Shown: positions 16,081 to 26,459 of the stretch, one piece after another
Layout of the letters: every line of letters begins with the position of its first letter
Numbering within the stretch: position 1 is the first letter of the stretch
DNA from: Candidatus Gallitreponema excrementavium
GTDB taxonomy: Bacteria > Spirochaetota > Spirochaetia > Treponematales > Treponemataceae
NCBI GenBank assembly: GCA_017694795.1
Contig: JADIMM010000080.1
Coordinates: 13,217-77,216 of the forward strand
DNA length: 64,000 nt
Direction of reading: 5' to 3'
Translations under genes and position numbers: made by a program
Notes under the pieces: generated by a model
The model's database searches: none
What the model saw: the letters and a program-made list of their open reading frames with translations, nothing else
What the model was told of the DNA's origin: nothing

Positions 16081-16632
16081 TTTTACAGGCCAGATAACCT
16101 GAAATAATGCAGAGCCCTTTTCTCCCAATAACCTCAGGTAATATCCGTTTTGGCAGAGTTTTTTACCCTCCCAAATTGAATCCAACCATAAATTGTACCC
16201 GGCAGTCCTGATAATTTCCGGGTCAAATCCGGCCCCCTGGGTTACAAGATACTCCCCAGGTAAGAATTCGTATACACTACCCTTTTTTATGATTAAATCT
16301 GGGTTTTCAATATTGTACTCCCTTTCACCGAGTAAAGCTGTTCCACAAAAAAAACCTTCTGTAAAAAAATCAGCGGGAAGTGCTTTTAATTTTCCAATTT
16401 TGGAATCTGCCTTAAAATAAAAAAGAACATCTTTCTCCATAAAACTCTTGAACATATCCCCCAGACATTCCCTTGTAATGGAAATTTCCCCGGGCAGTAA
16501 GTCCATCAGGGACTCTAAACCAAGGTATTTACCGCCAGGATTTTCTTTCTTCCCGGAATTTCCTCCGTGGTTTGAAAAATAATAAAGGGGAGATTGAAGA
16601 AAAAGATTCTTGGTTCCGGATTCACAACTCAT
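16078..16632 (-). CDS. Hypothetical protein
   Basis: 184-aa ORF with coding-like composition. I recognise no motif. Confidence 0.4.
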   Translation of the reverse strand: MSCESGTKNLFLQSPLYYFSNHGGNSGKKENPGGKYLGLESLMDLLPGEISITRECLGDMFKSFMEKDVLFYFKADSKIGKLKALPADFFTEGFFCGTALLGEREYNIENPDLIIKKGSVYEFLPGEYLVTQGAGFDPEIIRTAGYNLWLDSIWEGKKLCQNGYYLRLLGEKGSALFQVIWPVK

Positions 16633-16755
16633 GTATTGGAGGATATAAAAAAAAAATTCAAATGTAAAGATTTTTTCTGCAAAATAAAGAAATTCAATTA
16701 TAAATATATTGAACTGGTAAAAGAAATTTTACTTTAAACAGCTACGGAGGTAAAA

Positions 16756-17781
16756 ATGTCCAAAAAAAAGATTATTATTTTAATTTCAATTTTAACCCTG
16801 TTATTTTCAGCCTGTCCTCTGGAAGAAGGGATTTCAGCAATCACCTGTGAGGCAGAAGAAATTCCGGCAATAGAAGCCTTTCATGTATTATCAAAGAACA
16901 GCATTAAGATTAAATTCACCGGAACGGTGAACGAAGTGGAAATTGTTTCAGAGCCAGACCTGGGGTTTCCGGAAATAGTAAAATCAGGTACAGAAGTGGA
17001 AGTAATTTTTCCACAAAATACCGAAGTCGGGAAAAAATATATTATCTCCGGTTCTGCCAGGGCCGGCAAAGTATCAACCCTTGATTTTGAACTTAACATT
17101 CTTGGATTTAACGACAGAGTTCCAGGGCTTTTTATCAATGAAATTAGGACAGATTACTCAAAGCCTAAAGCAGAATTCATTGAATTCCGTTCTTTATCAG
17201 ACGGAAACCTGTCTGGAGTAACAGTTGAAATAGCTTCTGCCGAAGAAGAAGGGATTTACATCTTTCCTCCGGTGGAAATTCAAAAAGGAGACTACATCAC
17301 TCTTCATTTAAGAAAACTTACTGAAACCGAAGGTGCTTTAATCGAGGATGATTTGCTTTCAAAAACTTCAGGATACTGTGGCACTGACACAAATGAAAAT
17401 GCATGGGATTTTTGGGTCGAAACAGACAAAAAGCTCCTGAGAAAATCAGATGTTATAATCCTTTATGAAACAAAGGAAGGAAAAATCATTGACGGGGCGG
17501 TTATGACAGAAGGAAATATATCACAATGGAAAAGCGAAATCCTGGCCAACAAAGCACTTTGTCTCGTAAATTCCGGAATTTGGGGACCTGATGAAAAGAA
17601 TCAGAATGGTATATACACAACAACGGAAGAAGGCAGTAATCTTACCACAACCACAAGGACTTTGGGGCTTGTCCCGGGTTTGGAAACTATTCTACCCAGA
17701 ACAAAAGAAATGTGGCAAGTATGCGACACAGGGGATGCCAGCCCCGGAAGCGAAAATTCCACAAGCGTTTACGAACAATAA
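16756..17781 (+). CDS. Lipoprotein with a lamin-tail-domain-like segment
   Basis: GGAGG SD and lipobox LLFSAC. FINEIRTDYSKPKAEFIEFRSLSDGNLSGVTV resembles the LTD motif (INE...EFIEL.N...LSG). Confidence 0.5.
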   Translation: MSKKKIIILISILTLLFSACPLEEGISAITCEAEEIPAIEAFHVLSKNSIKIKFTGTVNEVEIVSEPDLGFPEIVKSGTEVEVIFPQNTEVGKKYIISGSARAGKVSTLDFELNILGFNDRVPGLFINEIRTDYSKPKAEFIEFRSLSDGNLSGVTVEIASAEEEGIYIFPPVEIQKGDYITLHLRKLTETEGALIEDDLLSKTSGYCGTDTNENAWDFWVETDKKLLRKSDVIILYETKEGKIIDGAVMTEGNISQWKSEILANKALCLVNSGIWGPDEKNQNGIYTTTEEGSNLTTTTRTLGLVPGLETILPRTKEMWQVCDTGDASPGSENSTSVYEQ

Positions 17782-17787
17782 ACGGCA

Positions 17788-18114
17788 TTAAAGGATACCG
17801 TTTTCAAAAATTTCCTTGTAATCGTAGGGTTCCAAGGTTCCTGCAACTTTCTTTACCAGTTCGTTATTTTTAAAAATCAACAATGTAGGAACCGATATTA
17901 TCTGGGTTTCATCGGTTCCAAGGGAATCTGTAAGCACAAAATTGTAAAAACAACAGTCTTTCCTGTAATCCGCTTCTACTTTTTTTATGTTTTCAACGGC
18001 ATGGGTAGAAGGAAGATCATTTGGAACAGTACAAATTATTGCAAACAACTTTAAATTTCTGCTCTTTAAACTTTCCAGAAAGTCAGTAAAAACAGTGTTT
18101 GTTATCTTTTCCAT
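17788..18114 (-). CDS. Thioredoxin-fold protein lacking a CXXC motif
   Basis: 108 aa. VPTLLIFKNNELVKKVAG is the classic thioredoxin cis-Pro/beta-strand region, but no CXXC is present. Confidence 0.5.
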   Translation of the reverse strand: MEKITNTVFTDFLESLKSRNLKLFAIICTVPNDLPSTHAVENIKKVEADYRKDCCFYNFVLTDSLGTDETQIISVPTLLIFKNNELVKKVAGTLEPYDYKEIFENGIL

Positions 18115-18222
18115 TCCTAAGAATACAATGGTTTTACCGATTTGTGTAAAAAATTTTTAAAAATACTGTTTTTTAATAAGTATTTACAATATACTTTTAA
18201 AAGATTTTTTTCAGGAGAAAAT

Positions 18223-20409
18223 ATGGCAGAATTACTTGCACCGGCTGGAACAATCGAAGCATTGGACGCAGCCTTTGGAGAAGGGGCTGATGCTGTTTAT
18301 TTGGGATTGAAGTTTTTTAATGCCAGAATGAGGACTGCAAATTTTGCATGGAACCAGTTTGAAGCAGCGGTGTATGCCGCCCATAAACGAAATAAAAAAA
18401 TTTTTGTAACCGTTAATACGGTTTTGGAAGAACGGGAAACCGAAAGAATGTACCGCTTCCTGGCCTATCTCAACTCTGTAAAACCAGACGGTATAATAGT
18501 CCAGGATTTAGGTGTAGCCAGAATGGCAGAAACACACTTTCCTGAATTAAGACTCCACGGTTCCACCCAGATGAATATTTCCAGTGCAAGGGGTGCAAAC
18601 CTTTTAAGCAAGGAGGGATTTAAAAGAGTTGTACTGTCAAGAGAGCTGAGTCTGCCGGAAATAAAAGCAGTAAAAGCCTCTACTAATATTGAGCTTGAGG
18701 TTTTTGTTCACGGAGCTCTTTGTGTTAGTGAGTCGGGATTATGTCTGTTTTCCAGTTATCTTGGAGGAAAATCAGCAAACCGTGGTATCTGTGCCCAGGC
18801 GTGCAGGAGACTTTACAGTGCAAAATCAGACAGTGAATTACAGGAGGGGTATTTTTTCTCACCCCACGATCTCCAGCTTATAGAAAAAATCCCGGATCTT
18901 ATTGAAGCAGGAATTTCGTCATTTAAGATTGAAGGAAGGATGAAAAGCGCCGAATATGTGGGGACTGTCGTGGCAGCCTACAGATATCTTATGGACAATT
19001 ACCAGAATGATAAAAAGGGGGCAATTGCAAGTGCAAAGCGGATTCTGGCAAATGACTTTGCAAGGGAAAAAACCCTATACTGGTACACAAATGACGACGG
19101 CTCGGAACCGGACAGTAAATATTTTCTAAATCCAAAACAAGCGGGAGGAACAGGGATTTTTCTCGGAAAAATTACTTCGGTAAAGAGGGATAAAAACAAT
19201 ATTTGTTACGGGGCAATAAAAAATTCAACCTATGATCCCCAGCAGGGGGATTCAATACGAATCCATAAAAGTGACGACACCAGAAGGGAAAGCCACAAAG
19301 TAAAGACTGTCAGCACTGACGAGAGAGGTACAATCTGGATTGATATTCCACCGAATTTTTCCCAAGGAGATTCTGTTTATCTGATACAAATGAAAACTTA
19401 CGGAAAAAGATACGAACATTTTCTGCCTCGGGATTTAACGCCATTCAGAAAACAGCCGGGAGCCCAACCCCTTCCGCAACCACCAAGATTTGAAGATGCT
19501 GAAAAAGAAAGCCCTTTCCTTCCGGAAGGACTTTATGTACAGGTATCCTCCATAAAAGATTTATATGCCTTACAGATAAAACGCCCTGTAAAAGCTATTT
19601 TGGAGTATAACACCGAGATAAAAAATACACTCCTTAACTCTGATGCACCTCTTCCATTTTCCAAAAAAGAAATCATTATCAGTCTGGAACCTTTCTTTCC
19701 GGAATCATTGGAAAACGAACTCTTTGTGAACATTAACAAATTAATTGAAATGGGTTATTACCACTGGATTGTAAACAATCCGGGGCATATATCCTTTTTC
19801 AAGCAGAAAAATGTTACCGTTATCGCCGGCCCTTATCTTTATGTATTTAACAGGTGGGCCCTTAACTGGCTGAATGACAAGAAAATTTACCAGTTTATAA
19901 GTCCCATCGAAAATTCAAGGCAAAATCTTGAAAAAACCGTAGACCCCAAAATAAGGAAAAATGCATTTGTCACGGTTTTTGCCTACCCGGCCCTGTTCAG
20001 GATGAGGTTCAAACTTCCTGCATATTATGACTTTGTCAACTTTTCCGATAAACAGGAAGGGGAATTCCGGACTTTGGTTACACCGGAAGGGTCTTTTGTT
20101 CTTCCGGAAAACCCTTTTTCAATCGTGGATAAACTGGCCTTTCTGAAAAACAGTGGATTTAAAAGATTTATCATTGACTTTTCCAAAGTTGAAGTAAACA
20201 AACAGTCTTACCGCAGATTGATTCAGAATATGGAAAAGGGTATTCCCCTTCCTGAAACTACAAGATTCAACTGGAAAGACGGTTTCTATAGTCCAGAACA
20301 CAGCCCGGCGGCCGCAAAAGAAGGAAAAACAGGAGATTCCGGTAAAAAACCAGCCATTAACAGGAACAGGGGCAAGTCCTCAAAAACAACTGGGAAAAGG
20401 AAAAAATGA
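18223..20409 (+). CDS. Peptidase U32 family protein (collagenase-like)
   Basis: The track ORF starts at a TTG at 18142. ATG 18223 (MAELLAPAGTIEALDAAFGEGADAVYLG) follows an AGGAG SD. E-x-F-x-H-G-A-L-C region: ELEVFVHGALCVSESGLC. The C-terminal tail is basic. Confidence 0.8.
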   Translation: MAELLAPAGTIEALDAAFGEGADAVYLGLKFFNARMRTANFAWNQFEAAVYAAHKRNKKIFVTVNTVLEERETERMYRFLAYLNSVKPDGIIVQDLGVARMAETHFPELRLHGSTQMNISSARGANLLSKEGFKRVVLSRELSLPEIKAVKASTNIELEVFVHGALCVSESGLCLFSSYLGGKSANRGICAQACRRLYSAKSDSELQEGYFFSPHDLQLIEKIPDLIEAGISSFKIEGRMKSAEYVGTVVAAYRYLMDNYQNDKKGAIASAKRILANDFAREKTLYWYTNDDGSEPDSKYFLNPKQAGGTGIFLGKITSVKRDKNNICYGAIKNSTYDPQQGDSIRIHKSDDTRRESHKVKTVSTDERGTIWIDIPPNFSQGDSVYLIQMKTYGKRYEHFLPRDLTPFRKQPGAQPLPQPPRFEDAEKESPFLPEGLYVQVSSIKDLYALQIKRPVKAILEYNTEIKNTLLNSDAPLPFSKKEIIISLEPFFPESLENELFVNINKLIEMGYYHWIVNNPGHISFFKQKNVTVIAGPYLYVFNRWALNWLNDKKIYQFISPIENSRQNLEKTVDPKIRKNAFVTVFAYPALFRMRFKLPAYYDFVNFSDKQEGEFRTLVTPEGSFVLPENPFSIVDKLAFLKNSGFKRFIIDFSKVEVNKQSYRRLIQNMEKGIPLPETTRFNWKDGFYSPEHSPAAAKEGKTGDSGKKPAINRNRGKSSKTTGKRKK

Positions 20410-20504
20410 TGTAAAAAAGTAGTTTCAGCCTTAATTGACAATGGTTATACTGCCATGATATTCTTACCGGAGAGTTTATTAAATCTTATTTTCAGGGGTT
20501 TTAC

Positions 20505-21977
20505 ATGCCTATAAAAAACAATAACCACGGAATTTCTTTAAAGAAAGTGCTGGCCTATATCGGAATCCTTATAGTGTTGGTCCTTACAACCATAAGTTTT
20601 ATTTTTCTGCCAGCCATCGGTCCGAAAACCGGTGATACATACAGCTCGGTAATATTCGGTAAATGGGGTAAGAACACGGTCCGTTTTACAGATGACTCGT
20701 TTTTTGCTGCGTACATCAAAACAAGCATGGATCAGCTTGAGCGCAGCGGAATGGGAAACATAGATGAAACACAGCGGCGGGAACTTTGGGAAGGGGCCTA
20801 TTATCAGTCCATTTTGAGACTTGCCGCTAAAGATTATCTTACAGAGGCGGGGTATTTTATTCCTGATTCCATCATAAATAAAATGATTGTTGATTCCCCT
20901 GTTTATAAAAATCCTGAAACCCAGACATTCTCAAAAGAAGCCTATAACGCTGCTTCTGAATCATTTAAGAAGCTGGTGAGGGACGACATAACAGATTCAA
21001 CACTGTATCAGGAATATATTTTTGATATGCTGAATATTCCTGTTACAAAAAGCCAGTACCAGCTTTTTGGTGAGATGGCCAAAACAAAAAAGAATTTTAT
21101 CATCGGACAGTACTCAATGACAACAGTACCTGACGAGATATATGAGAATTACGGAAACGAAAATTCTGAAAAATTTTCAAAATACGACATTTCAATTATC
21201 TCAACTGATTCAAGCAGTGCTGCAGAGAATTTAAAAACCAGAATAGCCGGTAACGAGCTTACATTTGAAGATGCCGCTATGGAATTTTCAACTAAGACTT
21301 ACAGCAGTGATAACGGACAGGTTTCAAATAATTTCAGATACCAGATAGAGCGTTTTATGAGCGAAGAGGATTTGGAAAAAATCGATGCCCTTTCGCCGGG
21401 AGAAATTTCCGGGGTAATTAAACTGGGAAACCTTTACGGATTTGTCAAGGTAAACGGGTTGAAAAAAGCCTATGATTCCTCGGACAACACAATGTTTGAA
21501 GCAGTAAAAAACTATGTTAATTCATACGAAAAGTCTCTGGTAGAAGATTATTTTATTGCAGAGGCTGAAAATCTTGTTGCAGGGATCGGATCTTCCCAAG
21601 CCTTTAGAAATGCCTGCAACAGGGAGGGTTTAAATCCTGTTGAAACAGGCTTTATTCCCCTAAACTATGGCAACACAACAGTTATTGGCAGTGTAACAGA
21701 GCCGGAAGGGTTATCGGGAATCATGTACAATGAAGTATTCCTTAAAGAAGCTTTTGCCCTTAATGATAATGAGATTGGAAACCCCTTTGTTTTCCGGGAC
21801 AAGGTTCTTGTAATCAGCTGTGCGGAAACCATCCAGGACGGAGACGATGAGACGGTAAACAAAAATTATAGGGAAGGAATCACCGCCGCTTCTGACTCAA
21901 CACTTGCATACGGAATCCTGCTGAATGAAAAACATGAAAATCTCTTTTCACAGGCATACCAGAAATTTTTTAACTGA
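20505..21977 (+). CDS. Membrane-anchored SurA/PpiD-like periplasmic chaperone
   Basis: 490 aa with an N-terminal TM anchor (VLAYIGILIVLVLTTISFIFL). Length and architecture resemble PpiD/SurA-N proteins. Assignment is tentative. Confidence 0.45.
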   Translation: MPIKNNNHGISLKKVLAYIGILIVLVLTTISFIFLPAIGPKTGDTYSSVIFGKWGKNTVRFTDDSFFAAYIKTSMDQLERSGMGNIDETQRRELWEGAYYQSILRLAAKDYLTEAGYFIPDSIINKMIVDSPVYKNPETQTFSKEAYNAASESFKKLVRDDITDSTLYQEYIFDMLNIPVTKSQYQLFGEMAKTKKNFIIGQYSMTTVPDEIYENYGNENSEKFSKYDISIISTDSSSAAENLKTRIAGNELTFEDAAMEFSTKTYSSDNGQVSNNFRYQIERFMSEEDLEKIDALSPGEISGVIKLGNLYGFVKVNGLKKAYDSSDNTMFEAVKNYVNSYEKSLVEDYFIAEAENLVAGIGSSQAFRNACNREGLNPVETGFIPLNYGNTTVIGSVTEPEGLSGIMYNEVFLKEAFALNDNEIGNPFVFRDKVLVISCAETIQDGDDETVNKNYREGITAASDSTLAYGILLNEKHENLFSQAYQKFFN

Positions 21978-23668
21978 TGAACGAAATCAGCCGGGAATCC
22001 CGGCTCCGGTTTAACCGGGAGAACAGGGATGATTCACAGGCCCCCCGTCTTGTAGAAACCAGGCGGGGAGCTTCTGTTTTATACAGGGAAAGGTATCTTT
22101 ACTCAAAATATAACCCGGAAGAAGCCGTAGATAGAATTGTTGCCTGCACGGAAATTAAGAATCAGACCCTTATAATCTGTACCTCACCGCTTTTAGGTTA
22201 CGGATTGGAAAAATTATCAGAAAAAACCCCTTCGGACTCTTTTATTCTTTTAACAGAGGGGAATCCGGACTTATATGAATTTTCATTAGACTATATTTCT
22301 GCCCTGCATCTACCGGAAGAAAAAACGGAATATATTTTTTTAAAAAAAGGGAATGACATTTTAAAATGGCTTGAATCAAAAGGGGAAAACTTTATTTTGA
22401 ATTTCAGGCGGGTTGTCCGGCTGGATTTTTCAGGAGGATCTTTTTTTTCCCAAGATAAGTATTCAGTTGCAGAAAAACTTCTTACCCAATCAATAAACTT
22501 ATCCTGGAAAAATAAAATGACCCTGATAAAATTCGGAAGACTTTATTCTAAGAATATTATTCTAAACCTCAGCCTTCTCCCGGAGGCAAAAGTTTTTCCG
22601 GAAATAACCAAACCAGTAATTGCCCTTGGAGCAGGAGAGTCTCTCGAAAACACTGCCGGATTTTTACGAACTGCAAGAAATGATTTTTTTGTTGCTGCTG
22701 TAGACGCTGCTTTAATTCCACTACTTGATTTAAACATCTGTCCGGATTGTGTAGTGGTTCTTGAATCCCAAATATATAACAATGAATCTTTTATCGGCAT
22801 AAAAAAACGGATTCATGATAAAGAATTTGAAATGCCTTTTTTTATTTGTGATTTGACTTCCCGATATTCGTTAAACAGGGAATTTACAGAAAATATCGGA
22901 TTTATTCTTTCTGATTTTTCAAGGTGTAATTTTCTGGAAATAATCAAGGCTTTAGGTATTCCTGTTATACCGCCATTAGGTTCTGTAGGACTTGCCCTTC
23001 TTAAAATAATTTCGTTACTGAATAAAAATTCCCAACCAATATTTTTTTCCGGGCTGGATTTTTCATACAAACCAGGAAAAACCCACTCAAGGGGAACCCA
23101 CCAGATTATGAATGATATACATACAGCCTTCAGACTCCAACCTCCCGGTTCAAGGAAAACATTCTTTTCTCCTGAAATATTTAAAGTGTGGGGAATAAAC
23201 AAAAAAAGGGTTTTATGCGATCCCTCTTTGAATATGTATGGTGAAATTATGAATACAATATTCAAAGATGAATTTTTTTACGACTTGCGGACATCCGGAA
23301 TTCCATTGGATTTTCCCAGGACTGACATAAGGAATATAAATTCATTTATCTCCGGTATTAAAACTTTACACAGAAAGGATACATTATTTATAAGGGGAAA
23401 TTACAATCCTAAGAAAATCCTCAACTTTCTGGAAAACGAACTTGCATATCTGGAAAACCTGTGCAGGGAACTTACAGGAGAAAAGCAGACAGGTTCTACA
23501 GTCCCTTCCCGGGATTTAAAAAACCATGAATACCTTTTCCTTCATTTTCCCGATATTTTGGGAGCCACAGATCCTGGAATTTCATTTTATAAACGCCTTA
23601 AAATCGAGGCCATTTATTTTTCCAAAATAATCAGGACTTCAATTCTCATTTTAAGAAAATCATTTTGA
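21977..23668 (+). CDS. DUF115 (MptE/Maf-like) domain protein
   Basis: 563 aa. VIALGAGESLEN...FVAAVDAALIPLLDLNICPDCVVVLESQ matches the Maf/DUF115 core. The start overlaps the upstream stop (TGATG). Confidence 0.55.
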   Translation: MNEISRESRLRFNRENRDDSQAPRLVETRRGASVLYRERYLYSKYNPEEAVDRIVACTEIKNQTLIICTSPLLGYGLEKLSEKTPSDSFILLTEGNPDLYEFSLDYISALHLPEEKTEYIFLKKGNDILKWLESKGENFILNFRRVVRLDFSGGSFFSQDKYSVAEKLLTQSINLSWKNKMTLIKFGRLYSKNIILNLSLLPEAKVFPEITKPVIALGAGESLENTAGFLRTARNDFFVAAVDAALIPLLDLNICPDCVVVLESQIYNNESFIGIKKRIHDKEFEMPFFICDLTSRYSLNREFTENIGFILSDFSRCNFLEIIKALGIPVIPPLGSVGLALLKIISLLNKNSQPIFFSGLDFSYKPGKTHSRGTHQIMNDIHTAFRLQPPGSRKTFFSPEIFKVWGINKKRVLCDPSLNMYGEIMNTIFKDEFFYDLRTSGIPLDFPRTDIRNINSFISGIKTLHRKDTLFIRGNYNPKKILNFLENELAYLENLCRELTGEKQTGSTVPSRDLKNHEYLFLHFPDILGATDPGISFYKRLKIEAIYFSKIIRTSILILRKSF

Positions 23669-26419
23669 GGTTATGTTGTAAATACCGTCCCAACCGGATG
23701 GAGGTGGATTTTTTATAAAGCAGGCACACCGTTCCATGTAAGTTTTGCTGGGTAAATCTCCGTAATTTTTGTAGAGTCCTGAAAACGTCTCCCCGGCATC
23801 CCGGAATTTTCCGGAAAGATACAAATCAAGTCCATTATGGAAGGTATCTACCAAATTCTTTTTTTCTGCAGAAATTTCCGACGCATAACCGATAACTTCA
23901 TATAACTGTACCGGGGTTGAAATTCCCATAACACGAACCTTATCCAACCGTCTTACAGCAAAACCGGGACCTGCCTCTTTCACAGTACTTTCAGAAGCAA
24001 TTATCCAGGTTCCGTAAATTTTATTTATCCCTTCAAGGCGGGAAGCAAGATTAACATCATTTCCCATAATCGTATAATTCATTTTTGAATTTGTACCCAT
24101 ATTTCCTACAACCATAGAACCGGTATTTATTCCGATTCTTGTTTTAATAGGGTCGGAAAGCAAACCTTCTTCAAGTAATTCTTTATTAAGAATGTCTTCC
24201 AGTTTTTTCATTTCTATTGCCGAAGATAATGCACTTGCAGCGTGATTTTCCAGGGAAACAGGTGCTCCGAAAAAGCTTACTATTGCATCACCGATATATT
24301 TATCAACTGTTCCCATTTTTTCGAGAATCACATTGCTCATTGCCGTAAGATACCTGTTTAAAATTGAAACCAAATCCACAGGACTTAACTTTTCGGAGAA
24401 AGTGGAAAATGATTTTATATCGGTAAAAAGAGCAGTAATTCTTTTTTCTTCTCCTCCCAAAGACAATTTTTCGGGATTTTTTACAATTTCTGAAACAACG
24501 CTGTCAGGAAGGTATGTTGAAAAGGCCTTTCTCAAAAAGTTTTTATCTTTTTCTGTAATAAGCAGGGCAATCAAAGTCTGGGAAATAAAAACCAATATTG
24601 TGCTTAAATAAATCCCGGAAGCCTGAATATAAACATCAAAGATGCAAAAAGCCGAAACAGGAAATAAAATAACAACAAGAATGAATACAAGTCCTGCAAT
24701 AATTTTTTTAAGGAATTTTTTCATTCCATGAAACAGCAACAAAATACAAGCTGAAAAAATGACGGCAAGTAAAACCGAAACATAGGCATTTACAGGATAA
24801 ATAAACTGTCTCCCCATAAGGCAGTTATAAATATTTGCATGGGTACCTACATTTGGATAGGATTTTTCAAAAGGAGTAACACCTAAATCGGTTGTTGCAG
24901 AAGCTGTATTACCGATAATAACAAATGAATTATCAAAAAAATCTTTTAGTCTTTGTAATTCAAGTTTATAATTTTCCAGGTCTTTTTCCAAAGCAGTAAA
25001 TCTGTTTATAACACTTTCTTCAACATCTTTATAAAGGGTTTCATTTCCTGACTGCCCCCTTACAACCTCAAGAACAGAAATGACTTCGTCTACATACTGC
25101 CGGTCATTAAGAAATCCTACATTATCAAAAAAATCATTCCGCAAGGAAAAATAGGAAGAATAGTCTGTTTCTTCACCTGAAACAAGCAAATCCTTAAAAG
25201 AGGAAATATTTTTGTATTCTTCCAAAAGCCATTGGGCAGCATCCACACATGAAACATACCCCCGGGAAGTTCCGATTTTAAATCCTGAAATAGCCTCAAG
25301 ATGAGAAAGTATACTTTCTTCCCATAAATCCAACTGTTCAATCATATAATAAGATTCGGAACGGAAACTGTCTTGAAAACTGTCCGGTATCCATTTAATA
25401 AGCATATGACCATTTGAGTCCAAAGGGATTTTAAAAGAAACATTTGATCCGTCCGAAAGCCGCCCGTTTTTTATGTTAATGCTGTGTTTTGTACGCTGGA
25501 TTTCTTCCGGATTAAGTTCATAAATTACAGGGGCAAAAACCAACTGGCCAAAATAAAGTCCCCCGTAATTAAACATCAGTTCAATCCGTCTTCTGACCCC
25601 GTCCTGATCTACAACAACATTGGGAAAACCGGCACCTTTTGCACCGTAAATCAAAGGGGTTACTGCCGGTGTAAGTCCGGGAGATGCACCGATACTTTCC
25701 AAATAGGAAAGATTATCTTTCAATGTATAACCGGATTCATCCCTTACATTATTGAGAAAAAAATTCTCCATTACAAAGGTTTGGGAATTCTTATCCGGCG
25801 AAATACTGTTTACATCCTGTGTATTAACTGTAAGAAAAGCATTCTGAAAATAATTTATGGCTTCTGCAAAATACAAGTCATTGTCCCGAACAGCATTTTC
25901 CGAAACATTTTCTTCCAAACGGGACAGGGCAGGAACAAGTACCTGGGAATCCAGGTATTCAGCTGCTTCTGATGATTCTGACACAGGAAAATTTCCGGAA
26001 GCCAGTGCCCCGGCAAATTCATTAATTCCGTAAGAAATTGTACTGTAGGCATCATTCAATGCAAACTGGAAGTCTGCTTCAAAATACTTACTGTTAAAAG
26101 CCTTTACTGCCGGAGAAAGATACTCAATATCAAAAACAACAAGTCTTGCCCCTAGCTCCTTCAATCTTATAAGCCCGTCGGCAATAATATCCCGTGTCCA
26201 TGGCCACTCCCCCATTGCTGAAATTGAGGGATCATCGATTTTTAAAATAACAAGGTCGTCAACAACTTCTTTTCCGGGATTCAAGTGTAAAAAGGAATCA
26301 TAAATGAGACTTTCAGGTTTTTCCAGTAATCCCACAGAAAAAACAATTATTATGAGAATAATAATAACAACACCAATAATCCAATCAATTCCGGGAAAAA
26401 AACTACCTCTGCTTTTCAT
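23660..26419 (-). CDS. CHASE2 sensor-domain class III adenylate/guanylate cyclase
   Basis: 919 aa: TM segment, a CHASE2-like periplasmic region, several TM segments, then the cyclase core ITALFTDIKSFSTFSE...DKYIGDAIVSFFGAP...GINTGSMVVGNMG. Confidence 0.8.
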   Translation of the reverse strand: MKSRGSFFPGIDWIIGVVIIILIIIVFSVGLLEKPESLIYDSFLHLNPGKEVVDDLVILKIDDPSISAMGEWPWTRDIIADGLIRLKELGARLVVFDIEYLSPAVKAFNSKYFEADFQFALNDAYSTISYGINEFAGALASGNFPVSESSEAAEYLDSQVLVPALSRLEENVSENAVRDNDLYFAEAINYFQNAFLTVNTQDVNSISPDKNSQTFVMENFFLNNVRDESGYTLKDNLSYLESIGASPGLTPAVTPLIYGAKGAGFPNVVVDQDGVRRRIELMFNYGGLYFGQLVFAPVIYELNPEEIQRTKHSINIKNGRLSDGSNVSFKIPLDSNGHMLIKWIPDSFQDSFRSESYYMIEQLDLWEESILSHLEAISGFKIGTSRGYVSCVDAAQWLLEEYKNISSFKDLLVSGEETDYSSYFSLRNDFFDNVGFLNDRQYVDEVISVLEVVRGQSGNETLYKDVEESVINRFTALEKDLENYKLELQRLKDFFDNSFVIIGNTASATTDLGVTPFEKSYPNVGTHANIYNCLMGRQFIYPVNAYVSVLLAVIFSACILLLFHGMKKFLKKIIAGLVFILVVILFPVSAFCIFDVYIQASGIYLSTILVFISQTLIALLITEKDKNFLRKAFSTYLPDSVVSEIVKNPEKLSLGGEEKRITALFTDIKSFSTFSEKLSPVDLVSILNRYLTAMSNVILEKMGTVDKYIGDAIVSFFGAPVSLENHAASALSSAIEMKKLEDILNKELLEEGLLSDPIKTRIGINTGSMVVGNMGTNSKMNYTIMGNDVNLASRLEGINKIYGTWIIASESTVKEAGPGFAVRRLDKVRVMGISTPVQLYEVIGYASEISAEKKNLVDTFHNGLDLYLSGKFRDAGETFSGLYKNYGDLPSKTYMERCACFIKNPPPSGWDGIYNITSK

Positions 26420-26459
26420 GGATTACATTATAACACATAAAAACAAAAAAAAAGGATTT

